DNA from: Gnetum montanum
Taxonomy: Eukaryota > Plantae > Gnetophyta
NCBI GenBank assembly: GCA_015680685.1
Contig: MNCI01001288.1
Span: 62,115-126,000 of the forward strand
Direction of reading: 5' to 3'
Length of the DNA: 63,886 nucleotides
The notes under the pieces are model-generated. The model saw only the letters and a program-made list of their open reading frames with translations. It ran no database searches and was not told where the DNA came from. The position numbers and the translations under genes are program-made. Shown here one piece after another: positions 44,901 through 59,200 of this stretch (positions are counted from its first letter, which is position 1; each line of letters begins with the position of its first letter).

Positions 44901-46409
44901 AGTATGTTGTCATCACCTTGTGCTTAAATGCAAACTAAGGGATCCGAAAAGGGTTGATTATTAAGGAAAAATTTACCAAAACCAATGTTGATCCTTTGGT
45001 GACTACAGGTGATGCTAAAAGAGTCAGGTGATGCTAAAACAAATGCCTAAGGAAGAAGGTCTTTTTCTAGGCACGAAAATGAAGCCAATAGAGGGAGAAA
45101 GGAGGATATTCCCATGGATAAATTGTAGCACATACAAGATAGCAGCTCAAGAATTACATGTTTGCTAGATCCATGGAGCGAGGAGAAGAAATTTTAATCC
45201 TTCCTTCAAAAATGTTCTACATAACTAGAGAAGCATCAACATAATAACCAAGGTTGGAATTCTACCATCGCTAGCGGCAACAAGAAGAATCATCTTAAAT
45301 ATATTTTTAAAGACCTCTAAAAATTTTGTAATCTTCAATTTCTATCTGGTCTTTTTTTACTTTGTCATTTTGTATGCATCCACTTGAATAAAATTTTATA
45401 ATGCAACACTCAAAGTCAATTAGTAGTTAGCGTCAGTCAATAATTCCATACAATCTCAATATTTTGTAAGGGACTTGTTCCTCCTTTTATTCACTTAAGG
45501 ACAAGTTTTCATTTAGTTGTGGAGGTATGATGAAGTGTATTTTTTCTACCTTCGATATCGAATATTCGATATTGGAATCTTAATATTGGACACCCGATAT
45601 CGGGGCCCAAAAAGCGATGTTAGATATCTAATATGGTGGGAGGCATGAAAGCCTATAAATATAACACTTGAACACACAGTTTGAACATTCTTTTTCCAAT
45701 AGAGTAGCCAAACTCTTGTAGTTTTATTTTGTAGTCTTAGAAAATAATGAGTGAGTGCTTACAATGTGGATTTGAGTTAGTTGTATGATGTCTTATTCGA
45801 GTGGCAATGTGCCTAGACATATTCCATGAATGGTAATAAGATTGAGATTGATTCTTAATCATTGTAGCACTTTGACTTAGATTAGATTTACTTTCCATGC
45901 AATTTATTTTTTATGTACTTAGTTAATATTTATGTTTCCATGCATATTAATGAATTGGAGGAATGAGTGTGACTAGTCTCGAGTGTAAACACGTATTCGC
46001 TTAGTAACCCCAACAGTGTTATTGTTTGGTTCACCCAGTAGCATAACACTTGGTAATCCTAGTAGTGGATACATTGCTTTATGATGTGTGGGGCTAGCTA
46101 GGAATAAGCACTCATTGCCCATAGGCTAGTTTAGACTTTACTTTCCATTATCAATTAGATTAAATAATTAATTTCTCTATTATCATAAGATTAACATAAG
46201 GCCAAAACAACATCAATAATCATATGCCTCACTTTGGACTAAACCATACATGACAAAGCTACCACTAGTCCAAGTGGGAAGACAACGTCCTCGGATCAAT
46301 GCTTAACAATCTAAATGCCACGTTAGTCCCATCCATGAAACTTGATCAGATCATGCGTGAATGTTTGTGATTTGTATGGTTGGGTGTAGGGGGTACCCAC
46401 CGCTCATCA
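38959..46409 (+). mobile_element. Athila-like non-autonomous LTR retrotransposon (decayed gag, no pol)
   Basis: LTRs 38959-39645 and 45528-46409 (TGATG...CATCA), perfect TSD AATGT, PBS TGGTGCCATTGTCAAGGA (Athila tRNA-Asp type), gag PKFAG...DPQHHLQAFHDAC...LRLFP.TL.DKAEVWYRSL at ~40380-40600. Confidence 0.9.
43401..44201 (+). mobile_element. Solo LTR (801 bp) nested in the Athila-like element
   Basis: TGATGGG...CTCATCA, TSD GTTAT/ATTAT, GCGATATCGC repeats then TATAAATA; colinear with 60182-60984. Confidence 0.9.
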
Positions 46410-49400
46410 AATGTCTAAGGCTTAAGAGTAACCCACTCATCAAATCCATGAGTTGCAGCAAATGAAGTCTATATTCTCTATATTCTATTTATCACAAGTT
46501 GGTTAAACAATAGGGGAGTGAGGGTACTTAACACCAATCACTATTTTATGCATTTTAATGCTACACCATCAAACAAAAATTTTTTGGTCATGAAAAGAAA
46601 AGAAATGTTTCAAACATTTAATAATAACAAAAGCTACTTTCTCCCATTTTCTATGCTAAAAAATCCATCTATTTTTTTCATGAGAAACTTTATGAGGTTT
46701 GTAGAAGCACACTACATAGGAAGAACCATTTCTTAATCTTTGTTTGCAAAAGCACATTCTTCTCTTAATATATCCTTAGAGAGAGAAACACATTGTTGAT
46801 TTTTTTTATTAATTAAATTATTTACAATTGTTCTTTATTTTTAGTGTTATGTGCATAGATATTATTTCTCATTATAGCTATTATGTTTTGTACTGTAAAA
46901 TACTAATTCTTTACTTCTAACTGCACACACAACCATTCCAAACTATTCTAGTGTTGCAAAATAACTTTTCTTTCCTTTTTTTTTCTTGCTGCAGAGACAA
47001 CCATTGCCTACATATTGTATAAAAATAAGCAATGTAGGCTATTGTGGGCCTTCAATTATCTTGGTTATCTAACTTTATAATAATTTCTATTACTATAGAG
47101 GCCATATTACTTATTTAGAACTTAAAAGGAATACTTTTTATTAGTGTTATCACTAGTGATAAGGATCCTTCTAATACTAGCAATAACTAGTGGCAAGTAC
47201 CTCCCATCCCCTATTGTTAAACCTTCCCCTTATCTCTTATCATCTCTCTTATTGGAGCATGTGACTTGTGATCTATAAGTCATCGACTAAAGTGTTTAAA
47301 GTTTGGTGAATGTTGAAGGTTTCAAAAGCCAAGTGTTTAAAGTTTTGTGGATCTTAAGGGTTTCATTGTTGGATCTAATTCCTTTAGAATTATCATTCTC
47401 CCATGGAGGATTCTAAACTCCCCCCCATCTTCTTCTATTAATGCTACAATTTTTGCTTATTCTATTAATGCCAAAATATTTATTGATACTCATGATATAG
47501 ATTTATCAATTAGCGAATAGAAATTTTGTGACATATTTCTTTAATAATATTTATGCAAATAAGATGTTTAATTTTGTTTTTCTTAATAATTTATATTGAT
47601 CATTAGCTATTAATACAGTATTAATCATTCATAAATGGACTTCAGATTTTGATGCCCAATCTTAAGAATATTCTAAAGTTCCATGTTTTGTTGAGATATT
47701 TAATTTTCTATTGATTTTTTTAGAGAGATACGTAGCAAATTATTAGTTTTCTTCATCCCATTAAGGATATAGGATCTATTTCCATACCATTTGGTTCTTG
47801 TAAATGGTTTTTTTTGGTTGAAATCAAGCTTTTTAACCATAAAATGAAATTAGTATTATAAACAAGGAGGAAAACTTACATATAACCAATTACATATTAT
47901 AATCTTCCTAATTCTTATAATTTTTGTCATCATGGAGGACATTTATTTAATGTTTATCTTTTTTGGTTCAAGAAAAAAATGTTGAGAAAAAGAAAAAATG
48001 TGTTAAAGTTGCAAATACCAAAAAAGAAGAAGAAGAAGCTGAAGCTAAAGATACACAAAATCAAGTTAATGTCAATGATAAGAATTATTGAATGGTAATT
48101 AAGAAACTAGAAAAAGTAAAAGCTTCTATAAATACTTTTACTTTTACTATAGTATGTATTGATTAGTTTGAATAGATAGCTCATAAAGCGATGTTTTTCT
48201 TACTTGATAAAAATATTATCAACTCAAAGATTAAAACTATTAAATAAAATCCTTTGTTGCCCATGTGTAAAATAAATGAATATCATTTTGTAAACTTTTT
48301 GGATAGTAAATAATAGTGTTTTATAAATTTTCCAAGCACTTCCATAACTCCTTTTAATTGATCAAATCATAGACCTTAGGGAAATCTACAAATTAGATAA
48401 ATGTTTTTTTGTGTGAACCTTTTACTCTATTAAGAAGATATTTTAACGTGATGAAATGATCCATAGTAGAATGCTACAACCTAAATCTTGCCCATCTTCT
48501 AAGCATAGATTCTAGAATAATTCTAGAAGCTTGACAAAAATTATTGTTAATTATAATTAATCTATAATTATTTAGATCTTTTTTGTCTTCTTTCTTAAAA
48601 AGTAAATGTAATTTATTGATGTACCATTTCTTTTCTAACCCTACTTACATCACCAAATTTAACTTCTTCTAGATGGTGTTCCATACCAATGGCCTTCTCC
48701 ATTTAAGCATTTCTCCATGTAAGTTACTTACATTAGTAGCTTTTCTTAAGTTTGGCTACCTTGGGTATCATATATAAAACACATAAATGAAGTCTTATAG
48801 GCACATTAATTTGAAAAGATAAAATGATTAAAATATTAATATGCACATTAAGTAATCATCCAATAAAACACATGCTGAAATTGGAAGTAGATGCTAGCCT
48901 TCAAATATAATATTTTGGGTTTAGGTGGAGGTATATACTAAGTCATTATTTGTGGTGCAAAGTGGTAGTGATCACCTTGATGTTACGTTTCTTTTATATG
49001 TACTAGATTAATATTTTTTGATTGTATTATTATTCATTGGATACTAACCTCTGTGAGATGCAACAACCTTTGTGTGTGATTATTTAGGTTCTTAATATCT
49101 ATTTCATAACCTATCAGGGAGTAATTATAATTTATTTTCTTTGCTTTGATTTTTTAAAATAATTACATGCACATGTGAGAGGGATGGGTTTAAATCTAAA
49201 TCCAAAAAGAGACAATGTAAAGGGAAAAAACCTTACAAGGGTTGGATTTGCAAGAATGACATAGATGACATCCTTGGCCTGTGGAGGCCAATTAGGGGAG
49301 AGTAGTGATGGACCTTTTAAATCATTAATAGGAAAGTAGATTTCCTTCACCAATGCATTGAGGGACAAAGTTTGGTTTGCTACAAAGGGCTCAACTCTAT

Positions 49401-49960
49401 TTGATGATATGGACTTTGGAATTATTTAAAAAAAATAAGGCCCTTGCATTTACATTCCATGGAAGGCCCTAGAATCATAACAAAGGAAATTTTAATGGAT
49501 GTTTGTAGGAACTTTCAATAGCCACATGTCGCTTCTTAGAGATCTACAAGATTGGATGGCTGAGGCCTAGCATGAGATCCTAATTTAACTAAGAACTTTT
49601 CATGGTAATGTGGTTCTTTTATTTTCAAACACGAGAAAGATATTTTTCCATTGAATCTATGCTCGCTTGGTAGATAGGTCATCTTATTAGGTAAGTAGAG
49701 AAATAGATTTCATGGCACTTACCAAGGTTGAAGGAGATCAATGGCTATATCTAGACCAAGAGATGATTTGTAATGTAGCCTCAACTTCCTAGACTTTTGA
49801 TTGAGTTCTAGTTTGAAAGGATTTTATGCAAAATCATACATACTTTTAAGGAGCTGATGATGATAGACTTCTGAACCGCAAAAGCTCTTCCTAGTTTAAT
49901 GGCCCATATCTATGTGCATATGTCAAATAAAATTGTTATTTTCTTATAGATTATCCTATA

Positions 49961-50663
49961 TGATGAGATGCAGATTGCACAAGCCGCGATATTGCGTCTT
50001 TCCCTGCGATATCGTGTATGCGATATCACGGTCCGCCGCCATATCTATAAATAAGAGGCGGCACTCCCCTCATTTCTCATCCTAGGCGTAAAGTAGTGAA
50101 GCTCTGGCGGATTGATCACCCTAGAGTTAGAATATTTTCCATGTGCCCGCAGTAGGAGTCCCCCAAGTGAACGGTTCTTTATTCGAGCAGCTTTGTACCT
50201 GAACGCAAGTTGTGTACGGCAATAAAGACGAGCTTTGTGGATAAACCTTCCAGTGCATGGATAGGTTTAATTAATGTTATTTATTGCTTTCCTAGTGGCG
50301 CGGCATGAGTACAACTTGGTTACGAGCGTTGACGAACGTGTACGGCTAGNNNNNNNNNNNNNNNNNNNNNNNNNNNNNNNNNNNNNNNNNNNNNNNNNNN
50401 NNNNNNNNNNNNNNNNNNNNNNNNNNNNNNNNNNNNNNNNNNNNNNNNNNNNNNNNNNNNNNNNNNNNNNNNNNNNNNNNNNNNNNNNNNNNNNNNNNNN
50501 NNNNNNNNNNNNNNNNNNNNNNNNNNNNNNNNNNNNNNNNNNNNNNNNNNNNNNNNNNNNNNNNNNNNNNNNNNNNNNNNNNNNNNNNNNNNNNNNNNGA
50601 CCGGATCGTGCGTACACGCTCGTATTCGTATGGTTGAGTGTAGGGGTACCTCGCCACTCATCA
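49961..50663 (+). mobile_element. LTR (apparent solo) of the same family, spanning the assembly gap
   Basis: TGATGAG...CTCATCA, perfect TSD CTATA; similar to 43401-44201. Confidence 0.85.
50350..50598. other. Assembly gap (N run)
   Basis: Run of n characters. Confidence 1.
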
Positions 50664-53200
50664 CTATACAATCCTAACAACCAATTATTTCAATCATTGT
50701 TATATAATAATTATCCTAATGTTTGTACGGTTTATGTCTAGAAAGAACACATCTAAAATCAATGACTTGAAAATTCCTAGAATTCTTAGTGGCCTATGGA
50801 AAACCCTCAAAACCTTAATCCTCCATGGCATAAAACTCCCCCAAATCCTTCAACTCTTCCTCTGATCCCTAGATCATCAAAATTAGTTGAATTATTGAAT
50901 CCACCAGGCAATTCTACAAATGAGATGATGCTCATGAATCCACCAAAGAAACCTTCCTCTATGATTTCCACCTTAGACAGTATTTTTAATCAGGCTAAGA
51001 TGGATCTAGTAATAACCAAGTCTATAATAGCAGAGTGTGATCAAGTCTAGCAAGTGGTTACTTGCTAAAAGGCTAACAATGATAGTCATCTTGGTGCCTC
51101 TCATGATTCATCAGTCAAGGATTATTAACAAATCTTTTAACCAAAGCCAAAGCAAGGTAGATAGAAGTGATAATGTTGAAGTCTTAGATTTTGCTTTTAG
51201 CATTTGGTTTTGAGGCAATCCTCCCAATTAGGCTTTGGAAGCAAAGGACCTAGTCAACCTTTCAATTTTGAAAACTACTAGAAGAAAATTGACCAAGACA
51301 TTGTAGATGGTTAGTATGAGGCTTTGGATGCTCATGTGAAATACATTTTAAGTATGGTCTTGAAGCAAATCCAAGGAATGCATATTGATGAGAATGAATA
51401 ATCTCTTGTCAATCTTACCTTCTTAGGATTATTATTTTCTAAAATTATGTGGATCTTTAGGGACCCAATGAAAACCTAGTTTCTGGAAAACCTTGTTCAT
51501 GAAAAGTCTATGGATGTTCTCCTATTGTAAGAATCTAAGCTTATCTCTTTTCCTTAGCATTTATGGCTTGGCTAGGTAAGTGTTGAATATTTAGATTAGG
51601 GTATGAGTGAAGTCCTACTTTGCATGTGGTGTGTTAAGTAAATAGGTCTTTGTTTCAGCCCATTGCCTTAATATCATGGGAAAAGAACTACAAATTTTAA
51701 ATGTTTATGGACTAGTTTTACTTAGTCTTAGAACCAAGTTTAAGCAAGATATCATTCAAATTGTTTTTGATAAAGATTGAATTATTTGGAGGATTAAAAA
51801 TGATAAGAAAGATGGATGAGAGATTAAGTGGATCTATTCATGATCTGAAGTAATATTTCTTTCTTTACAAAGATTGAGTAGGTTTGTGATCTTGTGAAGA
51901 AGGTCTTCTTGTCTTGATAGCTGGGTGACATCTAGAATTGATAAATTTTTCTTACCCTAGTCCATTTGGTTTACAAGTCATCCCATGGATAAATCTCTTA
52001 TGTGATTTTACTTTGATTACAAACCCATTGCATATGAATGGGATTCATCTTTTACTTTCAAAGCCTTTTTTTTATTTTGAAAATACTTGGCTTTTTGAGA
52101 AAAAGGTTTGTGATGAAATAAGTAGAATTTGAAAAGGGTAGGAAGATCGTTATGGTTATATACATATACTTGATTAACTAGGCTTTCTTAAAATCTTCTG
52201 TAAAGGTCTTCAAAAGCATCCTTGAAGCACTACCACTTATGAGGTGATTCAAAATGTTGAGTCATTCCAACAATAGGTTGATTCTCTTCTTGACTAAGAT
52301 CACATTATGCCAAATCTTGCCTTTGTTAAGAAATGGGTCCATGCCTTGCTCATGAAACAGAGGTCTATTTGAAGCAAAGAACCAAAGAAAAATGGATCAA
52401 TGTGGAGGACCAAAACTCTATTTATTTTTACATGATTGCTAATGCTAAGAATAGTAAAAAATGTTTTGATCTTCTTTTATAATTCATTATTCACTAATCT
52501 AGATATGAATATTTCTAATTTCAAGGATTTATTTAGTACTAATATGAAAATGGAGTTTACCTTGTTGGAAGATCTTATCTCCTCTAAAGTTAATCCTAAG
52601 GATAATGCTCATATTCATAGGCCTCTAGTCCACTCTAATATTCAATAAGCTTTAACAAACTTTCTCAACAATAAGTCCCTTAGCCTAAATGGTTGAAATT
52701 TTGGGTTTTTGTAATAATGTAGAATATCATTGGTTAGCATCTAAAAGTTATGCTTATAGTTAGTTGCATTCATGAAATTTTTCTAAAAGCTTGGACTAAT
52801 ATTCAAATTGTATTACTTTCGAAGAAAGATTAGATCATGGCCTTGATAAATTACTAATCTATTAATCTTTGCAATTGTATATATAAGCTCTTGTTCAAAG
52901 TGGTGGTTCCTCAACTCAAACCTCTTCTTTGATGCATTGTAGAGAAGGATCACATAAGCTTTATCCCTAGTCAAGCCATTCATGATAGTGTGATTTCTAC
53001 TCATAAGGTTTTCTATTAGAGATTGTATCAATAAGAAAGAGATTTGTTTCATCAAGCTATATTTGACTAATGCCTATGATAAAGTTAACTTGAAAAACCT
53101 TATTTTTATACTAGCTAAATTGGATTTCAATCAATAGTTCTATGATTGGGTGTGTTTTATGATCACTATAATGATATACCAAGTCACTATAAAAGTTTAC

Positions 53201-56200
53201 TAATGAGAGGTAGAGTAATCCTATGTTCAACTATATAAATCATAAGCATTCTTGCATGATCCTATTGAATTCTATGGACTTAGGACTAGAAGAATGCCTT
53301 AAATAACTAAGTGATGAAATGCTAATTGTTGTTTTCCGAATCACACTTATGTTGGTTTACTTAGTATGGTTAAGTGTGATTGAGGTACATGATGGTTGTT
53401 TATTATCAAAATATTTTAAAATTTAAAATAATAAACTAATTAATCTAAGTACAAATAAATAATCTAAACTAGCCTAAGCATAGAGCATCCATTTCCAGCT
53501 TTCTATACATATCCTGAACCTGTACTAATGTTGCTAGGTTACCAAGTGTTCACTACTAGGATTACTAAACACTAGTACATTATTGATGAGCAGTGAGGTA
53601 CCCCTACGTCCAACCATACAAATCACAAAGTGCTCACGTGCGATTTGGTTGAATTTCATGGACTCTATAGTTTTCGATGCACTAGTCTTTTAGACAATGA
53701 ACCTTGCCCTAAGGTCATTCATTGTCTTCCTGATTATACTTGTGAAGTACAAAGGTATGGTTAAGTGAAATTGAGGCATATGATTTTTATCATTTTATAT
53801 TTTATGTTCTTTGGTGCTTTGAAGGGAGAGATAAAGTAATTTAATGACTAATCTAAATTAACTAACTAACTAATCCTAACATAAGCATCTGGTCCTACTT
53901 TCCGTACACATCCTGAACCCACATATCCACTGATGGGTTACCAAGTGCTATGCCATTAGGTGCACCAAGCAATAACATTGCTGAGATTACCACAAGCGAA
54001 TACATGTTATGCTCAAAGTGGTCATACTTATGTATTTAATCTATCTAGCTTATCTTACTTAATTAACTTAATTACTAGAAAACATTAAATAATTAGTTAA
54101 TAGCATTAAATGCATAAATGAAACATTTAAACTATCTAGAATGTTGCAAGGTTTATCAAGAAGCTTGTCTTTATTGTTGTACATACTATCATGCTTAGGT
54201 ACAACAATGCTTGAATAAAGATCCATATACTCAATGACTTCGACTGTAGGCACTCAAGAGAAATATTCTAACTTTCAAATGAACAAACCATAAGAGCTCT
54301 GCTATTAATATGAATTTGATGCCATAAATATGCCTAGTGAGCATGTATTTATTGCAAAAAATAGACCCTATGATGACGGCGCCACATAGATGCAGCAAAT
54401 AATGCGTCGATAAGGCCTCGTTGATGCAACCATCCACAACCCATCATACCTCCACAACTGAATGAAAACTTGTCCTTGAGTTCCTTTACAAATTTGGAAG
54501 GTATGGGATTATTGATTAACTCTTAACAAAACAAAAACAAACTGACTTGACAAAATTGAGTGCCCGAGTGTACAGATCAACACATTACAAAAATTATAGT
54601 GTTGATGACACAAAATTGAACACCATGACATGATTGTTCAAAATTGGACGACACTTCCTTTGATGGCATGAAGTCGGAGGAGAAGGTTAGACAGTCCAAG
54701 GTAGTGATGGCTCTTGAGGTTTTAAGGGATCTTTACTAACTTTAGGCACGTGCAACAGATGAGGTGGATATGGTTATCCTACTACTATTGCAACTTCTAG
54801 CAGGAAGTGAAAGGCATTTAGCAATGTCTTTATTTTCTTCTCCTTACTCCTGGGATCGTGCACTATCCACATAGCTTCCTTGATTTGAGTTAGAACAGGC
54901 ACATCCCAAGGACAGGGAATTGCTAGAAATAGCTCCTTAATGTTAACACACCAAATAGAAAATTGTTTGCTCTTGATGTCAAACACCTTAACTGTGTCTT
55001 TCAACTCCTGGTAATCATTCATTCTCTTGGCCAAGTTCTCAATAGTTAATCGTTGATCCATGAATTGTGCCCTAAAAACTTTGAGTTCAGCATTTGCTGT
55101 CTCAAGCTTTTTCTTGGTGTCTTTATGGTGCTTGAACTTGGCCTCATACAACATGTACAAGTTGGCCACTTGTTTTTCCAATTCTAAACAAGCTGTCTAG
55201 TAGTCAGCATTGCTAGGTTTGCATAGTGAAGATTGGCCAATTCCATGTATTTTTTCATTTCTTCAATATGCAACTCATTTAGTCAAATCTTCACTTTCTT
55301 ATAAGCATCAATCCCATCAATGATGGGCTACGGAACTTCTCTTCCTTGTTGGATTTTCTAGAGGGCTTCATTTACTTTTGCCTTAGTCATTTGAATATGT
55401 TTGTCATTTACCTCCTTCTATAAGCCAACTCGGTCTCTATAGTGATTTTTAACTCTTTTAAACTTAAGAGCCTTATTCTTCCAAGCGGTGATCTCAATGG
55501 TAGACTTTTGGCGTAAGGCTTGGATTTCCTCCATAGATAGATTTTGATTCTCCATGGCCAATTTCCTCAACTTAGTATTTACCTTGATGAGCTGCTCTTG
55601 CTATTGATGAATGAATTCCTGCACTTGTTTTTTTGTATCAACATTATACAAGTGATAATTTTCAATGGTCAATGATTCATTTTCTTGGCACATCTAAACT
55701 AAGTCCTTTTCAATTAAGTAGGTTTTTTCTTTTGCTATGGACTAGTTGAAGATGGCCATTACTGTTTCCTCCTCAACTTTTCTAAATTGATCTTGAAGCT
55801 ATTGAAAAGCTTCATCTTTGGTGATTGTTGGGTTGAGACATGTAGGATTAGTAAAATGGGCACATAGTTTAGCAACCAAGTGTTGGTTTTGTGCTTGGGC
55901 TATTTCAAGTTGTTCCTCCAAGATGATGCACTTGCCCTTTGCTTCCAACAACTTTGAATGGGTTGTAGTAATGTTATCTAGGAAATCAAAGATTTTTGGA
56001 ATTGGTTGCCCAGTCCCTACCAATTGATCCAACAATTCTTCATGTTGGACTGCATTCAATCTTCCACTAATCATGCTTGTAGACGTTTGCACATCTTAAA
56101 GTGTAGATACATTTGGTACAGACACTGTAGTTGCATTAAACACTTTAGCAACTTAGTTAGCAACTACTTCAACAATAGTTTCCTACCCTTGGTGCCACAT

Positions 56201-59200
56201 CACCAATATAGTTGTCCCCTAGCCTTCCTCCAAAAGCACCAAAAATGAGGCAACATTCCTAGAAATTTCTAGGAATAAATGGTGTTGAGATAAGGACACC
56301 ATCACCTCTTAGGCATTAGGATCCAACCTCGTAGGCAACTACATTCATTGGATAGAGAATATTAGCCCACCTATTTCCATCTAGCTAATTGTCCAAGCCA
56401 CCTCATTAAGGTGACTTATCACTGGTCGATATATAGATGGATCTGCACCACTCATTTTTGGATGTTGCTCTTGCTCACGCAAGAGCTGCTCTTGGATTTT
56501 GTTTAAGTGCTCAATGGCTGCATAGGCCTCTAATGTTGTTTCTTCTGTAGGTGGCAACTATCGCTCCCCTTCTTTAGTCACGGTAGGTGTCTTGTCCTTT
56601 ATTATTTCAAACCACGAGGCCAAAGGAGCATGTATGATAGTGTCATTTGCATAGAAAATGATCCCTACCCTTTTGTAAAGTTTCCAGATGAGGCATGAAA
56701 AATGTATGGTTTTCCTTCCACATTCATTTTCTTTGAAGCACTTCTTAATCTCTAAATAGATCAATTGTGGAAGGTTTGCTAGAAATCTTCTACTTAGAGC
56801 AGCACATGCTCAGGGGGAAAAGGTAGTTACCTTGCTAAGTCTCACCATTGGATTGAGATGGTAGGCTGTTATTTTGAAGTATATGCATTCTACCAATGTG
56901 AACACACCATATTCCTTATGGTCAACCCTATAACACTATTGAGTCCACTCCTTTTTGGCCTTAGGGTCACCTTTTGTTGACAGCTCTACAAGTTGTGTCC
57001 TAGTATTAGGCAACCCTAGTGCCTGTGTGATAGGTTCAGCTGAGTAGGACACTTGAATATCCTTGATCTTCACTATGAAGCTTAGTCTTCTGTTGCTCTA
57101 GAAGAGATATGTCTCTCCCATGTACCAGTCCCCACTAGAAGTGATGGCTGGCCACTTGGAAGAGATTTGCAATTGTGTTTTCACCTTTGCTGGAGCATGC
57201 TCTAAAAATGGTCCAAAGTTTAGTTCCTGGAGAACTGAGCGTTGGAGCACACGGGGCCTGATGGTGTTGAGGTAGGCTTGTGTTAGTGTGACTTAAAGCC
57301 TTGGTATAGGTCTTGGTGCTTCCCCTCACTGTGATTGTTCTAATGAAATTTCTTCTTCAGGAATTTGTCAAATAGATTCCACTTTGGGCTCCTCTTGAAG
57401 AGGTCCTATTGCATTGGTTGCCTCTGGTTATTCCTAGTCTTGCTCTTGTTGACCACTTCCAGTTCTAGGTTATTTTTCCCTTGGTTGAGGGGGTCCTCCC
57501 TCCTATGGTCATTTTGATCTTGGTGCCATCTGTAATCACAACATGACCATAGGTTAGTAATTTTTGTGTAACATGAAACAACTGAGATACCTAATGTCCC
57601 TAGGATAGTTACACTTGACTAATTTGTGGTTATGGCTAATTTAATAAATTCTAATCATTATTGTATTTATGCTTTAATGTTAACAAGTCATGTCAGAGGG
57701 TGTTGGAATGGTTAACTCTCAAAATGTTATGATTTCATATCATTGTATTCATTAACCCTTTGGGGGAGTTAGAAAAATTTTCAAAAAATTTCATCGGAAA
57801 CCTTAAGGTTTGTAGCTCCAACGACGAAGAGCTTACCTCCGGTAGTTTCAGGATTATGGAACTGTGCCAATGATGAGTGGCAAGGTACCCCTATGCCCAA
57901 CCATACAAATCACAAAGTGCTCACGTGTGATCTAGTTGAATTTCATGGACTCTATAGTTTTTGATGCACTAGTCTTTTAGACAATGAACCTTTCCCTAAG
58001 GTCATTCATTGTCTTCCTGATTATACTTGTGAAGTACAAAGTTATGGTTAAGTGAAATTGAGGCATATGATTTTTATCATTTTATATTTTATGTTCTTTG
58101 CTGCTTTGAAGGGAGAGATAAAGTAATTTAATGACTAATCTAAATTAACTAACTAACTATTCCTAACATAAGCATCTAATCCCTCTTTTTGTACATGTCC
58201 TGAACCCACGCATCCACTATTGGGTTACCAAGTGCTACACCACTGGGTGCACCAAGTAATAATGCTATTGGGATTACCAAGTGAATACGTGTTACACTCA
58301 AAGCGGTCATACTTATGTATTTAATCCATCTAGCTTATCTTGCTTGATTAGCTTAATTACTAGAAAACATTAAATAATTAACTGAAAGCATTAAATGCAT
58401 AAATAAATATCTAAACTATCTAGAATGTTGCAAGGTTTATCAATAAGCTCATCTTTATTGCCATACACATTGTCATGCTTAGGTATAATAATGCTCGAAT
58501 AAAGATCCATACACTTAATGACTCTTGCTACGGGGACTCAGGAGAAATATTCTAACTTTCAAATGAACAAATTGCAAGAGCTCCCCCACTACTATGAATT
58601 TGATGCTGTAAATGTGGCTGATGAGCACATATTTATAGCAAAAAATGGACCTTGTGTTGATGGGGCTGCACTGATGTAGCAAATGATGCATTGATGGGGC
58701 TGCATCGACAAGGCCCAGTCAATGAGGCTGCATCAATGAGGCCTCATCAATGTGGTGAACCATGATCCATCAATTATGCTCAAAGTACTCATGCTCATGC
58801 ATGTATGTTTAAGTGTGGAATAATAAAATTCTTAACTAATAACATGGAAAAGTAAATAAACATTAAGAGTAAAGTGAAAGAAAGAAAATCATAATGCTAG
58901 TCCAAGTTTTGCAATGGAGGAAACAAATCTTGATTTTATTGGCATCATGCATATGTGTTCAAGTACATAATGCACTTGAATGAAACTTCATACAACTTGC
59001 TTAATTCAAACTACAAGAACTTGGATGAAAAAATATAATAACTTTTGTGGAAGAAAGCTACAAGAGACTACCTATAGAATGACCAAATGGTGTCATAAAT
59101 GCTATGAGTATACACATTTATATAAACAAAGAACAGGATAGTGTTAACACATCATATGATGTACCAATACGTATGTGTCAATTAGGTTGTGTCAACATAG

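Larger units (their letters stand above)
49300..53200 (+). mobile_element. Decayed L1 LINE (ORF1 remnant, endonuclease-linker-RT N-half)
   Basis: FYFENTWL (~52075), W.Q..K.KW..EDQN (~52370), INLCNCIYKLL (~52865), NAYDKVN (~53070); 5' limit approximate. Confidence 0.6.

Noticed and set aside
50267-50741. ORFs of 100-155 aa in the ORF track
   Set aside because: Artefacts of translating the N run
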